Below, one piece after another: positions 1 to 9,278 of a stretch of 43,665 bases of DNA (position 1 is its first letter; each line of letters starts with the position of its first letter). Under the pieces are notes generated by a model. That model was not told the DNA's origin and did no database searches. It was given only the letters and a program-made list of their open reading frames with translations. The stretch comes from a virus (lineage: Duplodnaviria > Caudoviricetes), in IMG/VR virus record IMGVR_UViG_3300044612_000613, positions 1-43,665 of that record; one strand, 5' to 3'. The position numbers and the translations under genes are program-made.

Positions 1-182
1 CGGTCGTCGCCTGCCAAGGGGTCGAGTGCGACGTCGCCCATACCTCGGCCCGGTCAGCCTCGCGCATATGCTCGGCCACCTCGAGCGCGTGGTCGGCCGT
101 GGCCTTGACGACGCGGACGGTCACAGGTCCCCCCGCTTGGCGAGAACCAGCTTGACCATTCCGATCAGCATGTCCTCGCCAT
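1..182. repeat. Terminal direct repeat, left copy (probable circular-assembly overlap)
   Basis: Identical to 43484-43665 except T128 vs C43611. Genes run continuously across the junction. Confidence 0.95.
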
Positions 183-696
183 GGTTGGACATCGCGCGGT
201 TCAACGCCCAGACGATCATTCGGCAGTTGTCTTTCGTGTAGCCGCCGCGCGGATTGATGCGGTCAATGGACGGGGAGTTAGGGCCACGCTTCTCACTGTC
301 AAAAGGCAGGCCGGTCATCTCGCAGGCCCCGGCGGCAAGCTTACCCTGCACCCACTCAGCGTCGAGGTCGCAAGGCAGGCCATTCTTGCGGGAGCGAGAC
401 TTTACTTCATAGGCAAGGTGCTGCGCCTTGTTGTCGGCGCGATATTGACGGGCGCGCTGCTTGATAGCTTCCGCATTTTCGGCGCGTCTTTTTTTTGCCG
501 CTGCGCGCTTTCCATCAGCATTGGCCGCATAAGCCTCTTTGCGCTGCTGATAGATGCGCTCCTTGTTCTTTTCTCGATACGCCTTGTTTGCGGCAAGAAC
601 GGCATCCCGATTGCGGGCGTAACTCTCGCGCTTCAGCTCCTTGAGCCGCTCGCGGTTTGCCCTTCGCCACTCTGCCTTTTTTTCCTTGGCATCCAT
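121..696 (-). CDS. His-Me finger (HNH-like) endonuclease, probable free-standing homing endonuclease
   Basis: Charged N-terminal repeats (YREKNKE-like). C-terminal CEMTGLPF...SPSIDRINPRGGYTKDNC...ALN motif. AT-richer than neighbours. TGATG overlap with the upstream gene. Confidence 0.75.
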   Translation of the reverse strand: MDAKEKKAEWRRANRERLKELKRESYARNRDAVLAANKAYREKNKERIYQQRKEAYAANADGKRAAAKKRRAENAEAIKQRARQYRADNKAQHLAYEVKSRSRKNGLPCDLDAEWVQGKLAAGACEMTGLPFDSEKRGPNSPSIDRINPRGGYTKDNCRMIVWALNRAMSNHGEDMLIGMVKLVLAKRGDL

Positions 697-2342
697 CAGA
701 GATCGCCCATATTGGTGTCCACGATCACGCCGAGGATGGCCATGGGCAGCGGGTCAGACTGGCGGATGCACACGCGCCCGCGCTCGGCCCACGACCCGGT
801 GATCCACACCTGCAGGCACCCGTTCTGGACGTCGGGCGGCGCAGTCATGGCCTCAGCCGTGCGCGGCTCCCACTCCTCGAGGCTGTTGAAGTCAGCGCCT
901 GCCAGCAGGCTGCGCGTGTCCTGCACGATGATGCCGAGCCGCTTGATGAGCTTGTTCTGCAGCCGCGTCGTCTGACCGCCCGGGATGTTGATCTCCAGCG
1001 TCTCGAGGTCGCACACGTAGCGCAGGCCGGCATGCACCAGCACGCCGGGCTCGTCCAGCGTGATCGCCCCCGCGGTCACGACCTTGTCGTCCTGCACGAA
1101 GCCGTCGGCCAGCACGCCGACCGTGCGGCCGTCGAGGTGGGCAAGTCCCGACAGCGTGTCGCGGGCGAACCCCCAGTCGGTCGTGGCCACGCCGCGGTAG
1201 GCGGCCGGCACCGGGGTGACGACCTGCGCCGTGACGACGGTGGCCGACGTGAACGTGGTGATGCGCAGGCGCGCGTTGGCCCCGGCCGTGTAGCCCAGCA
1301 CGATGACGTCGTCGAGGTCGCCGGCAGCGAAGGTTGCCGCGCTGGCCGTGAGCGTGATGGCCTGCCCGACGGTCCACGTCCCGCCCGTGGCGGTGATCGT
1401 GGTCGCGGTCTTGTTGCGCCCGTCGAAGGTCAGATGCGAGTCGAGGAACCGGCCCTCGCGCACGTCGCTGATGAGGCGCGACGACAGTCGCTCGACGTAG
1501 CGCTTCTGGACGCCGCCGATCGTGCGGCGCACGACCACATAGACCGAGTCCTCGCCGCCTTCGGGGATCGCCGTAACGGACTCGACGAACCCGTCGATCT
1601 CCATGGGCGTCCAGCCGACGACGCTTTGGTCCTTCATGTACGTCATGGCCAGCAGCACGCCGTCGGAGCGCACTGACCACACCGTCGAGTAGGGCACCTG
1701 CTGGTACTCCCAATCGACGATCGGCTTACCCTCGGTCAGATGCGACGAGAACACCGTCAGATCGTTGCCCGAGTAGCCGTCCGACTCGAACTGGTAGCCG
1801 ATGTCGCGCACGATGTAGCCGCGGTTCTGCACGAACAGCGCGGTGTTTCCGATGACGAGCGCCGGCAGGTCGGCCGAGCCGTGATAGCTCTGCGGCTTGA
1901 ACCCGACCGTCGTCGGCGTGAGAACGTCGTCCTGGCCGCCGGTCGTTTTCCACTCGCCGCCCGTGGTCATCAGGACCATGTTGGCCAGCGGCACGATGTC
2001 GGTGACGCGGTTCACCTGCCGGGCGTTCAGCGTCGCACCGATCGAGTCGTCGTCGACGCTTGGCACCGTCTTGCCGAAGTCGACGTAGTTTCCGATCTTG
2101 CTGAACCACGTCGTCTGCGGCTGGTCGCGCGTGGCAGCGAACACGAGCCGGCCGCCGAAGAACTCGACCTCAGCCGGATAGCCCCATTTGCTGCCCCACG
2201 CCGACAGCGCGAACACGTCGGTGTTGCCGCCCGTCGTCGGCACGGTGAACTCGCGCACGACGATGTTGTTGGTGCCCGTCGGCGGCGGCTCGAAGAACGT
2301 GATCTGATCCGTAGCCGCGTTGATCGTCCAGCCCTGTGCCAC
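696..2342 (-). CDS. Tail tubular protein B / nozzle (T7 gp12-like), C-terminal part
   Basis: WGYPAEVEFFGGRLVFA...WFSKIGNYVDF and LAHLDGRTV motifs. SD GAGGTGA before the GTG start. Position downstream of tail tubular A. Confidence 0.85.
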   Translation of the reverse strand: MAQGWTINAATDQITFFEPPPTGTNNIVVREFTVPTTGGNTDVFALSAWGSKWGYPAEVEFFGGRLVFAATRDQPQTTWFSKIGNYVDFGKTVPSVDDDSIGATLNARQVNRVTDIVPLANMVLMTTGGEWKTTGGQDDVLTPTTVGFKPQSYHGSADLPALVIGNTALFVQNRGYIVRDIGYQFESDGYSGNDLTVFSSHLTEGKPIVDWEYQQVPYSTVWSVRSDGVLLAMTYMKDQSVVGWTPMEIDGFVESVTAIPEGGEDSVYVVVRRTIGGVQKRYVERLSSRLISDVREGRFLDSHLTFDGRNKTATTITATGGTWTVGQAITLTASAATFAAGDLDDVIVLGYTAGANARLRITTFTSATVVTAQVVTPVPAAYRGVATTDWGFARDTLSGLAHLDGRTVGVLADGFVQDDKVVTAGAITLDEPGVLVHAGLRYVCDLETLEINIPGGQTTRLQNKLIKRLGIIVQDTRSLLAGADFNSLEEWEPRTAEAMTAPPDVQNGCLQVWITGSWAERGRVCIRQSDPLPMAILGVIVDTNMGDL

Positions 2343-2350
2343 GGTTCACC

Positions 2351-3514
2351 TCACGGAATGAAGAAGAAGCCACCGGGGCCGATGCCGCCACGTCCGCCAT
2401 CGCCGCCGCCGATGCCGCCGGGCGCAATGTAGTTGGGGTCGGGCTGCACCGGCACGCCGTCGATGGTGACGGTGTAGTCGCCGCGGGACGTGCTGACCGC
2501 GCCGGTCGTGCTGAACACCGTCGTGGTGCCGTTGCCCGAGAACGTCCAGCTACGGGCCGGAGCGCCGAGGCCGCCGACGACGCCGTCAGGCAGCTCGCGC
2601 ACCACCGTGCCGGTCATGGTCGTGGCGTTGGTGAAGCCGGTCAGGCGCACGATGCCGTAGCCCGAGTCCTGATACTCCCACTCGACGCCGACGATCCACG
2701 ACCGCGTGCCGTCGGTGCGCGTGTCCTGCGGGCCGTCCCACTCGCGGCCCTGCTGATGCACCGGCCGGAACGAGCCGCACTCGACCCAGCCGCCGCCACC
2801 AGGCGCAGCCGCGACCGTCGTGGCCCGGTAGGTCTTGCCGTCCGATCGGCGCAGCGTGCCGACGGTGACGGAGCGATCGCCCTGCGTCCACGGCTTGACC
2901 TGCCCCAGCGACTTCGCCTCGACGTACAGCAGCAGGCCGACCATGTCGGCGGTGAAGATGTTGGTGTTGGCCGTCACGGTGACGTTGCCAGCGCGCGCCG
3001 ACACGGCGACCTTCAATGCCTCGTCGGCGTTGACGTCTCGGAACGGCCCCTCCTTGACCACGAACTCCTCGAGGACGAACGCAGTCGCCGACGTGCGCGA
3101 CAGCTTCCGCGGCGCATGGTTCGGGTGGGTCAGGATCATGACGTCCGCGGTCTGCGTGAACTTGACGTCAGGCAGCTCAGCCTCGGTCCACGGCGTCACG
3201 ACCTCGACCGGCGTGCTGACGTTCAGCACGGGCGCACCGTTCGCGTAGAACCGGGCGTACAGATCGCCCAGCTCGATGACGTAGGCCACCTCGACGCTGA
3301 ACTCGAACGGGATCAGGCGCACGCGCTTGGCCGAGTCCTTGACCTCGCCGATGTACTGGAGGCCCGGTCGGTTCACCAGCCCGCCCGTCGGGCGCACGAG
3401 GAAATTCTTGGCGGTCTTGACAGAGTTGCCGTAGCGCTCGATGTCGACGCGCGCATACAGCGACGGCGACAGCTCGCCACCGGAGAACGTCGGTTGCAGC
3501 AGCGGCGCGCCCAT
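2351..3514 (-). CDS. Tail tubular protein B / nozzle, N-terminal part
   Basis: QPTFSGGELSPSLYARVD...NFLVRPTGGLVNRPG and RLIPFEFS, the typical gp12-like N-terminus. Ends in a Gly-rich tail. Confidence 0.88.
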   Translation of the reverse strand: MGAPLLQPTFSGGELSPSLYARVDIERYGNSVKTAKNFLVRPTGGLVNRPGLQYIGEVKDSAKRVRLIPFEFSVEVAYVIELGDLYARFYANGAPVLNVSTPVEVVTPWTEAELPDVKFTQTADVMILTHPNHAPRKLSRTSATAFVLEEFVVKEGPFRDVNADEALKVAVSARAGNVTVTANTNIFTADMVGLLLYVEAKSLGQVKPWTQGDRSVTVGTLRRSDGKTYRATTVAAAPGGGGWVECGSFRPVHQQGREWDGPQDTRTDGTRSWIVGVEWEYQDSGYGIVRLTGFTNATTMTGTVVRELPDGVVGGLGAPARSWTFSGNGTTTVFSTTGAVSTSRGDYTVTIDGVPVQPDPNYIAPGGIGGGDGGRGGIGPGGFFFIP

Positions 3515-4170
3515 CAGTTGCGCACCCGAATGGTGTCAGGCGTCGGCGTCCGGTCGGGCGTGCCCTCCTGCTGCGTGCCGACCTGGGCCTGCGACACGAC
3601 CCACGCGTACTGCTGGACGGCGTTCTGCTGCAGCCGGGTGTCGGCGCGCAGGACCAGAGCGATCTCGCTGGCCACCTTCCACGACAGCGCGGAGCGCGCC
3701 AGCGGCGGGAACTGGTTGATGTCGGTGACGTCTGCGGTGTACCAGAGATAGGCCTGTTCGAGATCCGTCACCAGGATGCGCGCGCCCGGCGTGACCGGGT
3801 CGGCCATGATCGTGTACGGCACGCGCTGAATCATCTCGCCCGGCAAGTCGTAGGACCAGATGTCGCGGAACACGTTCCCCATGCTGCCGCGGCCACCAGC
3901 CGCATCGGTCAGCACCTGCGCGCGCAGGCAGTCGGACGGGTAGCGGTAGACGTAGCGCCACCCGGGGATCGTGACGTCAGCCACCTCGGCGAGCGCGACG
4001 ACGCGCTGCGCGAAGCCCCACGGGAAGTCCTGCAGCATCTCCAGCCGGCAGTCGTCGTAGTGCTGCAGGCAGGCACGCGCCCGCGTGGTCGGGTCGTTGA
4101 AGTCCTCCATGAGCTGGTCGATGCCGATCCGGCTCAAGGCTCGATTGCAGACTGCGACTGGGCTGGCCAT
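3514..4170 (-). CDS. Tail tubular protein A / head-tail adaptor (T7 gp11-like)
   Basis: CNRALSRIG...FPWGFA...WRYVYRYPSDCLR motifs and synteny. Confidence 0.85.
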   Translation of the reverse strand: MASPVAVCNRALSRIGIDQLMEDFNDPTTRARACLQHYDDCRLEMLQDFPWGFAQRVVALAEVADVTIPGWRYVYRYPSDCLRAQVLTDAAGGRGSMGNVFRDIWSYDLPGEMIQRVPYTIMADPVTPGARILVTDLEQAYLWYTADVTDINQFPPLARSALSWKVASEIALVLRADTRLQQNAVQQYAWVVSQAQVGTQQEGTPDRTPTPDTIRVRN

Positions 4171-4173
4171 GGA

Positions 4174-4290
4174 TTACCTCAAGCGGCGGCGGCGGCGCAT
4201 ATAGTAGCCGACCCCGGACACAGTGACGGGCGGCGCACCGCCTTCGCTTGCGCCGGGGATCAGGCGGACCATGAGCAGGAAGGTCATCAT
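4174..4290 (-). CDS. 38-aa small protein with poly-Arg C-terminus (not in ORF track)
   Basis: Translates to MMTFLLMVRLIPGASEGGAPPVTVSGVGYYMRRRRRLR. ATGA overlap with the upstream gene. Fills the gap to the next start. Confidence 0.7.
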   Translation of the reverse strand: MMTFLLMVRLIPGASEGGAPPVTVSGVGYYMRRRRRLR

Positions 4291-5660
4291 GCGAAAAAGA
4301 TGTCCCCGACCACGGCGTTCAGGGTCGTGGCCGTGGCGTCCGTGTCAGCAGGGCCGGTGACGATTGACCGACTAATGGCGGTTGCAAAGCCAATGCCCGT
4401 GCCAAGGTCGCGGGAGGCCGTGCCGTTTGGCGGAATGCCGATGGTCATGGCGATAGCCGCGCCCGCCGTGGCCGATGCGACGTTGTGCAGTTTCACGTAC
4501 TGCCAGGTGGCCGTCGTGTTGGCGAGCTGCCAGCCCATGACGCGGCCCGCGGTGGCCTTGATCTGCGCGACGTTGGTCGTGGCCGCCGCGACAACGTGAT
4601 GGATCGTCGCCGCACCGGTCGCGTTGGCGCGCACCTGCATGCCCATGTCGCCGATCAGGTTCGTGCCGGCCGCCAGCGAGCCGGTGCCGATGTTCGCCGT
4701 GACCGTGCCGGACACCTGCGCCAGCATGTTTGCCGCCGCGTTGCTGGCAACCAGCGTCACAGCAGGAGTCCAAGGCTCAGTGGACAGGCGCGTAAAGGCG
4801 CGGATGCTGCCGCCAGTGATCGCCGTGGCGATTCGCAGGCGGAGGAACTTACAGCGCACCGGGAACGTGTAGATGATGGCCGACGCGGAAGCGGTAATCG
4901 CCGCCGTGATAGGCACGCCCGTGACAAGCGCAGCATTGAACACCGGCAGCGCGACCCAGTTGGTCCCGTCGTTAGACTGTTCGAAGATAAACGTGCCGCC
5001 CGTGCCCGTGCTTGAGACCTGAACCGAGGCGGCGCGATAGCTCGAAACGTTAAGCCCGCCCGCGCCAGAAACAGGCGTCAAGATGTTGTTGACGACTGCC
5101 GTCTGCGCCGCAGCGCCAACAAGCAAGAGCGGCGGCTCGGTGACAGGCTGCTGACCCGACGAATCGGCATCACCAAGCGCGCCATAAGCCACGTTCAAGT
5201 TGAACGTGGTCGTGGTGGCCGCGCCGGTGTTCTGCGCAATGACGCGGCAGAAGTTGCCATTGATCGTCAGCGAGCGCGCAAACCCCGCGCCGGCATCGAC
5301 ATAAAACACAATGTCAGGGGCCGCAAACGTTCCGCCTGCGTCAATGAACTGCCGCACCGTGATCGTGGTCGGCTGGTCGCTGGTCAGCAGAATCGAAATG
5401 CTCGGCTGATCCTGCGCCGACTCAATGCCGCCCGTGAACGACGCGCCGGCGGCGAGCTGCGTGGTGGAGCTGTTCGCCGTCGAGATCGGGTAGTTGTAGG
5501 CAGCTACCCGCTGGGGCAGCGGATGCAGCAGGCTGGCGTCGTTGTACGTGCCAGGCGGACCCCAGCCGGTCTTGCCGCGCGCGTAGTGGACGCCGCCGAT
5601 CTCGTTGGTGGCGACCAGCGGGCCACCAGTTCCCTCTTGGGTGACGAGATTGTCGGCCAT
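4287..5660 (-). CDS. Ala/Thr/Gly-rich beta-structured virion protein (head fibre/decoration-like)
   Basis: 457 aa, beta-sandwich-like composition, SD AAGGA, lies in the head-tail operon. Confidence 0.6.
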   Translation of the reverse strand: MADNLVTQEGTGGPLVATNEIGGVHYARGKTGWGPPGTYNDASLLHPLPQRVAAYNYPISTANSSTTQLAAGASFTGGIESAQDQPSISILLTSDQPTTITVRQFIDAGGTFAAPDIVFYVDAGAGFARSLTINGNFCRVIAQNTGAATTTTFNLNVAYGALGDADSSGQQPVTEPPLLLVGAAAQTAVVNNILTPVSGAGGLNVSSYRAASVQVSSTGTGGTFIFEQSNDGTNWVALPVFNAALVTGVPITAAITASASAIIYTFPVRCKFLRLRIATAITGGSIRAFTRLSTEPWTPAVTLVASNAAANMLAQVSGTVTANIGTGSLAAGTNLIGDMGMQVRANATGAATIHHVVAAATTNVAQIKATAGRVMGWQLANTTATWQYVKLHNVASATAGAAIAMTIGIPPNGTASRDLGTGIGFATAISRSIVTGPADTDATATTLNAVVGDIFFA

Positions 5661-5663
5661 TCC

Positions 5664-6146
5664 TTAGCCCCCCAGCAGCGTGCGGGCCTTGGCGTGGACC
5701 GCCTCGACCTTCTCCTCCAGCGCGGCCAGCTCGGCCTTGCGGGCAGCGATGTCGCGATCGAGGTCGGCCTCGGTGTCCTTGAGCTTGGCGATGCGCTTGG
5801 CGAGCCGGTCGGCCTCGGCCTTGGCGTCGTCGTTGGCCTTGGCGGCCTGCTCGCGCGCCTGCGCGACGATGGCCTCGGCGTCGGCCTTGGCCTGCTCGAC
5901 GGCAGCACTCACAGTGCCGGCGGACTGGGCCTTCGCCTCAGCGACCAGCTTCTCGGCCGTTGCCTTGGCCTCAGCGGTCTCTGCCGTCAGCGCATCGCGC
6001 AGGACCTGCAGCCTGCCCACCTGCCCCTCCAGCTCGGCCTTGGCCAGCTCGAGGTTGGCGATCGGCTCGACGGCGTCAGCCAGCTCGATGACCGACTTGA
6101 ATTTGCGGGCGAACTCGCGCACCGCTTCGATCTTGGCGATGTCCAT
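5664..6146 (-). CDS. Coiled-coil hypothetical protein
   Basis: Ala/Glu/Lys heptad-rich. Start MDIAK has a TGATG overlap with the upstream gene. Confidence 0.75.
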   Translation of the reverse strand: MDIAKIEAVREFARKFKSVIELADAVEPIANLELAKAELEGQVGRLQVLRDALTAETAEAKATAEKLVAEAKAQSAGTVSAAVEQAKADAEAIVAQAREQAAKANDDAKAEADRLAKRIAKLKDTEADLDRDIAARKAELAALEEKVEAVHAKARTLLGG

Positions 6147-6505
6147 CAGCCCACTCCCTTCACGCAAAGCGTGACCTTGAGGTTGGTCGACCCGTCGCCG
6201 GCCGTGATCTGCGGGCGCAGGTACGGCACCAGCTCCATGATCGTCTCCAGCTTGCCCGCCACGATGTCCAGCGGGTTGCCCTGCGGATCGGTCAGCGGGA
6301 AATAGCTGATGTCGTCCAGCGAACCGAGGATGCGGACGCTTCCGCCCACGCCGAACGTGCCCGACACCTGCACGGTGCGGTCGCCGATGGCGGGGATCAG
6401 CTCACGCGCGCCGTCGTCGCCGAGCGCCAGGCCCGACCACTCGCGGATGACGTAGTTGGAATAGTTCGCCTCGATGACACGGCGGGTTGCAGTGATCGTC
6501 GCCAT
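6146..6505 (-). CDS. Hypothetical virion-associated beta-sandwich protein
   Basis: TVQVSGTFG...ILGSLD...YLRPQITAGDG. Translationally coupled within the structural operon. Confidence 0.65.
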   Translation of the reverse strand: MATITATRRVIEANYSNYVIREWSGLALGDDGARELIPAIGDRTVQVSGTFGVGGSVRILGSLDDISYFPLTDPQGNPLDIVAGKLETIMELVPYLRPQITAGDGSTNLKVTLCVKGVG

Positions 6506-6741
6506 CAGAATTCTCCGTCAACCGGCTCGGCCGGCGTGGCGTCAATGGTAGCAGAGGGGGCGGCTGCCCGCCCCTTCTGCTTGTTGCCTTTCGGAGCCGC
6601 TTCGACAGCCGGCTCCTCCAGCGGCTCCAGCCACTGCCCAGCCTTGACACCTTCGGGCAGCGTGACGATCTCGCCGGGGCCGACGATGCGGTTCCCGATG
6701 AAGTGAGGCGGCGCGAGGTCCTTGATGCGGTACTGGGTCAT
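6505..6741 (-). CDS. Hypothetical protein downstream of capsid cement gene
   Basis: SD GGAG. HFIGNRIVGPGE motif with a low-complexity tail. Fills the operon gap. Confidence 0.7.
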   Translation of the reverse strand: MTQYRIKDLAPPHFIGNRIVGPGEIVTLPEGVKAGQWLEPLEEPAVEAAPKGNKQKGRAAAPSATIDATPAEPVDGEF

Positions 6742-6752
6742 GGCTGTCTCCG

Positions 6753-7217
6753 TTACGCGTTGGCTTCGATCGGCTGGCTGTCAGCGTAGGCGCGCCACTG
6801 CTGGACGTCCTTCACCAAGAACGCGTCGACCTGGCCCGTGGTCGGCGCGGTGCCGGCGACGGTGTAGTTCAGGCGGACGAAGCGCTCGTAGTTGCCGGGC
6901 GGCAGCGGGATGACGCGGACGACGCGGTTGGCCACGTTGAGCTGGGCCAGCAGGATCGCGCCCGTGGTGGCCACGACAGCCGCGGACGAGAAGGCCGAGT
7001 TGTCGTCGGTCTGCACGTCCACCGTCAGCGAGGTCAGGTTGTTGAACGCCTGGCCCACGCGCACGACGAGGTAAATCGTCTCGCCCGCGCCGATGTCGCG
7101 GATCAGGTTGGCCGTCGGCGTGCCGCTGAGCGGGCCGAGGTCGATGGTGTCAGCCGAGGCTGCGGTGGCCGTGATGGCCTGCAGGCGGGAGAACTGGTTG
7201 AAGTCGTCGAGGATCAT
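6753..7217 (-). CDS. Capsid cement/decoration protein (Bbp16-like)
   Basis: MILD...FS..QAITATAAS.DTIDLG and ERFVRLNYTVAGT motifs. Directly after the major capsid gene. Confidence 0.8.
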   Translation of the reverse strand: MILDDFNQFSRLQAITATAASADTIDLGPLSGTPTANLIRDIGAGETIYLVVRVGQAFNNLTSLTVDVQTDDNSAFSSAAVVATTGAILLAQLNVANRVVRVIPLPPGNYERFVRLNYTVAGTAPTTGQVDAFLVKDVQQWRAYADSQPIEANA

Positions 7218-7231
7218 TTGCTTTCTCCGGG

Positions 7232-8233
7232 TTAGACCACGCGGGCCTCGTTGGACAGGATGGCGTCGACGCGCTTGATCGGCACCTCGGCGAAACGCAG
7301 CGCCGGCTTGCCGCCGACCATGTCGTACTGCAGCGTCGAGTTGGCCACGCGGTTGACCGTCTGGCGACGCAGGAACGCGCGGATGGTGCGGTTGGCGTAG
7401 AACACCGGGGTGACGCCCGACAGCGACTGGATACGCTCCAGAGCGCGGGTCATCAGGTCGATCAGGTCAGCGCCGGTCGCCGCGTTGCGGGTCAGGTCCG
7501 AGATGTCGATGTTGGCGATGCGGACGATGTAGCGCCAGTCGCGCACGGCGACGCCGCACTTCCACTGGTAGCGGTCCTGGTAGGCGCGGTAACGGTTGCC
7601 GGCGGCGTCGGTCACGGTGTCGAGACCCAGGTCCTCGTGGATCAGGCCGCCCTGCGAGCCCTTCGGGTAGATGCCGTGGACCGTGTTGGGCGACCAGCCG
7701 ACCAGGTAGATCGACGTGTTGTCCGTGCCGGTGCCGGCGGCGTCGATGACGTTCTGGGCGTTTTGTGCGTTGGCAATGTTCACCGTCGAGAAGCGCGGGG
7801 CGATGCCGAGGAAGCGCTCCGGGTTGGCCGCGGTGTCGCCGTAGAACAGCGTCGACGCCATGGTCTGGTTCAGGGCCTCGATGTAGCCCATGTTCTCCTG
7901 CAGGCGGAACGCCGCGGTGTTGCCGTTCAGCTCGGCGAGGTCCTTGTCGACCTGACCGAAGCCTTCCAGCATGCCGCAGGCTTCGTCGATCTGGGCGGTG
8001 GTCGACTTGGAAGCCGGCACGCCCTGATTGAGCTTGCGCCACGCGACTTCCGGCAGGCCGGTGCGGGCGGTGACGCGGTGGCCGGTCGGGAGGTTGCCCT
8101 CCACCCACGGCATGTCGTCGAGGATCTCGTTCTCCTGCGACAGCAGTTCGGCGATGGCGGCAGCCGAGCCGTCCGGGTCGAGGCGCTTGGTGATGTCAGT
8201 GAGGGTCAGATTCTGACCGCCGATAACGGGCAT
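7232..8233 (-). CDS. Major capsid protein (Bbp17-like)
   Basis: IAELLSQENEILDDMPW, RTGLP..AWRKLNQG and VRDWRYIVRIANID motifs. Confidence 0.92.
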   Translation of the reverse strand: MPVIGGQNLTLTDITKRLDPDGSAAAIAELLSQENEILDDMPWVEGNLPTGHRVTARTGLPEVAWRKLNQGVPASKSTTAQIDEACGMLEGFGQVDKDLAELNGNTAAFRLQENMGYIEALNQTMASTLFYGDTAANPERFLGIAPRFSTVNIANAQNAQNVIDAAGTGTDNTSIYLVGWSPNTVHGIYPKGSQGGLIHEDLGLDTVTDAAGNRYRAYQDRYQWKCGVAVRDWRYIVRIANIDISDLTRNAATGADLIDLMTRALERIQSLSGVTPVFYANRTIRAFLRRQTVNRVANSTLQYDMVGGKPALRFAEVPIKRVDAILSNEARVV

Positions 8234-8266
8234 GTTTGTGTCTCCGGTAGTTTTGAGAGGATGGTG

Positions 8267-8941
8267 TTACTTGTTGCCGTAGAGCCTTTCCGCCATGGAC
8301 TTCGCGCCGCCGGAGCGTTCCCCGGTGACGACCGAGTCCTCGGCCGGAATCGTCTTGCCAACGCGAGCGAAGAACCGAACGACCTCGGGGTGGTTGCCCA
8401 GCCCGGTGCTGTCCAGCAGCGCGCGCAGTTCGGGCGAACCATGCTTTGCCAGCGCCTTTCGACCCTCGGTCAAGGTCGCTTCGAGCGCCCTGCCGCCGAT
8501 CTCGGGATCTGCCTGCGTGGCCTTGCCCCACTCCTGCACCTGCTGCACGAACGCCTCAGCTTCCGAGGCCCGGACTTCCGCGATGACCGTTGCCAGCTTG
8601 GTCGCCTGCTCGTTGTTGAGACCCAGCTCACGCAGCACGGGTTCAGCAGCGGCGAAGGTCGCCTCGTCCAGCGTCATGCCCTCGGGCAGCGCAAGCTCGT
8701 ATTTCTCCGGGGCACCGGCAGGCTTGTCGCCGGGCTTCTCGCCGCCATCGCTGGCAGGCTTGTCGCCCTGGCCCTCGCCCGTCCCCTCCCCCGGGGAATC
8801 CTGAGTCGCAGCAGTTGCATCTTGCGACGCGTCCGTCAGCAGCGTGGCCGGCGGGGCGTCAGCGGCAGGTGCGGCGGCGGCGGGAGTCGTTGTGGTTTGA
8901 CCCGCGGCGGCGGCGGTTGCCGTTTCAGTCGTCATTGTCAC
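8267..8941 (-). CDS. Capsid scaffolding/assembly protein
   Basis: Low-complexity N-terminus, APEKYEL..PEG and GLGNHPEVVRFF motifs. Directly upstream of the capsid gene. Confidence 0.8.
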   Translation of the reverse strand: MTMTTETATAAAAGQTTTTPAAAAPAADAPPATLLTDASQDATAATQDSPGEGTGEGQGDKPASDGGEKPGDKPAGAPEKYELALPEGMTLDEATFAAAEPVLRELGLNNEQATKLATVIAEVRASEAEAFVQQVQEWGKATQADPEIGGRALEATLTEGRKALAKHGSPELRALLDSTGLGNHPEVVRFFARVGKTIPAEDSVVTGERSGGAKSMAERLYGNK

Positions 8942-9278
8942 TGCCCTCGTTTGAGTTGTCCACAGCCAGTCGCTCGGCGGCCTTGCGCTCTGCGTCCATG
9001 GCCTCGGCCTGCATCTTGAGGTACTGGTCAGGGCAGTGCGCCGTGATCTCAGCCAGCAGCGTCAGGCCGATCGACCGCTGCCCCTCGTTGAAGTGAATCA
9101 GCGCGCTCGGGTGGTAGCTCGAGCGGTACAGGCCCGTCGCGCCCAGTGTGCGCCACATGAAGCGTCGACCGGCGGGCGAGTCCATGACCGCGCGCAAGTC
9201 AGCGACGACCTGCTCGTTTTCGATGCGCTCGGCCTCGGCCTTGGCGCGTCCTTCGTGCGGTTTGGTCGCGGCGCGCAT
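8925..9278 (-). CDS. Bbp19-like phage protein
   Basis: DLRAVMDSPAGRRFMWR...FNEGQRSIGL. Lies between portal and scaffold. Confidence 0.8.
   Translation of the reverse strand: MRAATKPHEGRAKAEAERIENEQVVADLRAVMDSPAGRRFMWRTLGATGLYRSSYHPSALIHFNEGQRSIGLTLLAEITAHCPDQYLKMQAEAMDAERKAAERLAVDNSNEGSDNDD

Noticed and set aside
1-182. Physical direct terminal repeats of the virion DNA
   Set aside because: The repeat cuts through two coding genes in the tail operon, which fits a circular-assembly overlap better.
2340-2356. Programmed frameshift or readthrough joining the two nozzle ORFs
   Set aside because: The downstream frame has a TGA two codons before its GTG and a strong SD, and no slippery heptamer is evident. 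Independent initiation is simpler.
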